DNA of 64,000 bases from Priapulus caudatus (taxonomy: Eukaryota): NCBI RefSeq assembly GCF_000485595.1, contig NW_014577092.1, forward strand, positions 646,190-710,189. The letters run 5' to 3'. A program made the translations under genes and the position numbers. Shown here piece by piece: positions 63,546-64,000 of this stretch (the first letter of the stretch is position 1; every line of letters starts with the position of its first letter). Below the pieces are notes generated by a model. It worked only from the letters and a program-made list of their open reading frames with translations, did not search any database and was not told the origin of the DNA.

Positions 63546-63688
63546 CTAAGCGTTAAGCGTAAGCGTAAGCGTAAGCGTAAGCGTAAGCGTAAGCGTAAGC
63601 GTAAGCGTTAGCGTTAGCGTTAGCGTAAGCGTAAGCGTAAGCGTAAGCGTAAGCGTAAGCGTAAGCGTTAGCGTAAGCGTAAGCGTAA
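63546..63688. repeat. (TAAGCG)n hexamer microsatellite with TTAGCG variants
   Basis: About 23 tandem units read directly. Confidence 0.95.
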
Positions 63689-63689
63689 A

Positions 63690-64000
63690 CATACAAACAG
63701 GTGTGGCAGTTCGTGAGTATGGCCCCAACAATGTAATACTTCGCCACAGGCTGAAGAAAGATTTTTAAGTTCTTTTTATAGTCTAGGAAAGCAAATAGAT
63801 TAATCAGTTTTCCAAACATTCACTCAACGCACTCCCTCACAGATGACATGCGTGCATTGAATAGTTCTTGATCAGGTGTCAGGCGAGCACCGCGGTAAGG
63901 TGCTAGGAGTTGCATGGGGCTTCACAGGATATGCAGGATCTCCATATAATCCAAATGGAGTGTAATTTGCTGCTTGTGGCAACCTCACCAGGTTGTCGAG
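63690..64000 (-). pseudogene. PIF/Harbinger-type (DDE_Tnp_4, HARBI1-like) transposase fragment, disrupted
   Basis: Minus-strand translation: LYGDPAYPVKPH/QLLAPYRGARLTPDQELFNARMSSVRECVE*MFGKLINLFAFLDYKKNLKIFLQPVAKYYIVGAILTNCHTCLY. Has GDxAY and FN..MS.VR..VEW.FG motifs, one frameshift, and W changed to TGA. Confidence 0.88.

Noticed and set aside
63546..63688. Telomere-like repeat
   Set aside because: TAAGCG/TTAGCG is not a telomere unit I can support, and the array is short and interstitial.

Overview
This is AT-rich, microsatellite-laden animal (invertebrate-like) genomic DNA, not prokaryotic. Most of the window is the interior of one minus-strand, multi-exon membrane adenylate cyclase gene of the ADCY5/6 class. 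I can place 11 GT-AG exons between 61779 and 815, covering C1a, C1b, most of the second transmembrane cassette and the start of C2a. Splice phases match between neighbouring exons except at two places where an exon is missing. There is also one candidate cassette exon in C1b. The gene's 5' and 3' ends lie outside the window. The introns contain MITE/foldback elements, minisatellites and microsatellites, and a dead PIF/Harbinger transposase fragment runs off the right edge. Several multi-kb blocks are duplicated, directly or inverted, with one copy full of single-base indels. Together with three N-gaps, this indicates gap-filling with uncorrected long reads, so the extra broken exon copies are probably assembly artefacts. 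The most unusual signal is that three exons have their splice junctions amplified into tandem repeats (three donors, one acceptor), and two of the duplicate sites are in frame. Almost all ORFs in the supplied track are low-complexity artefacts.
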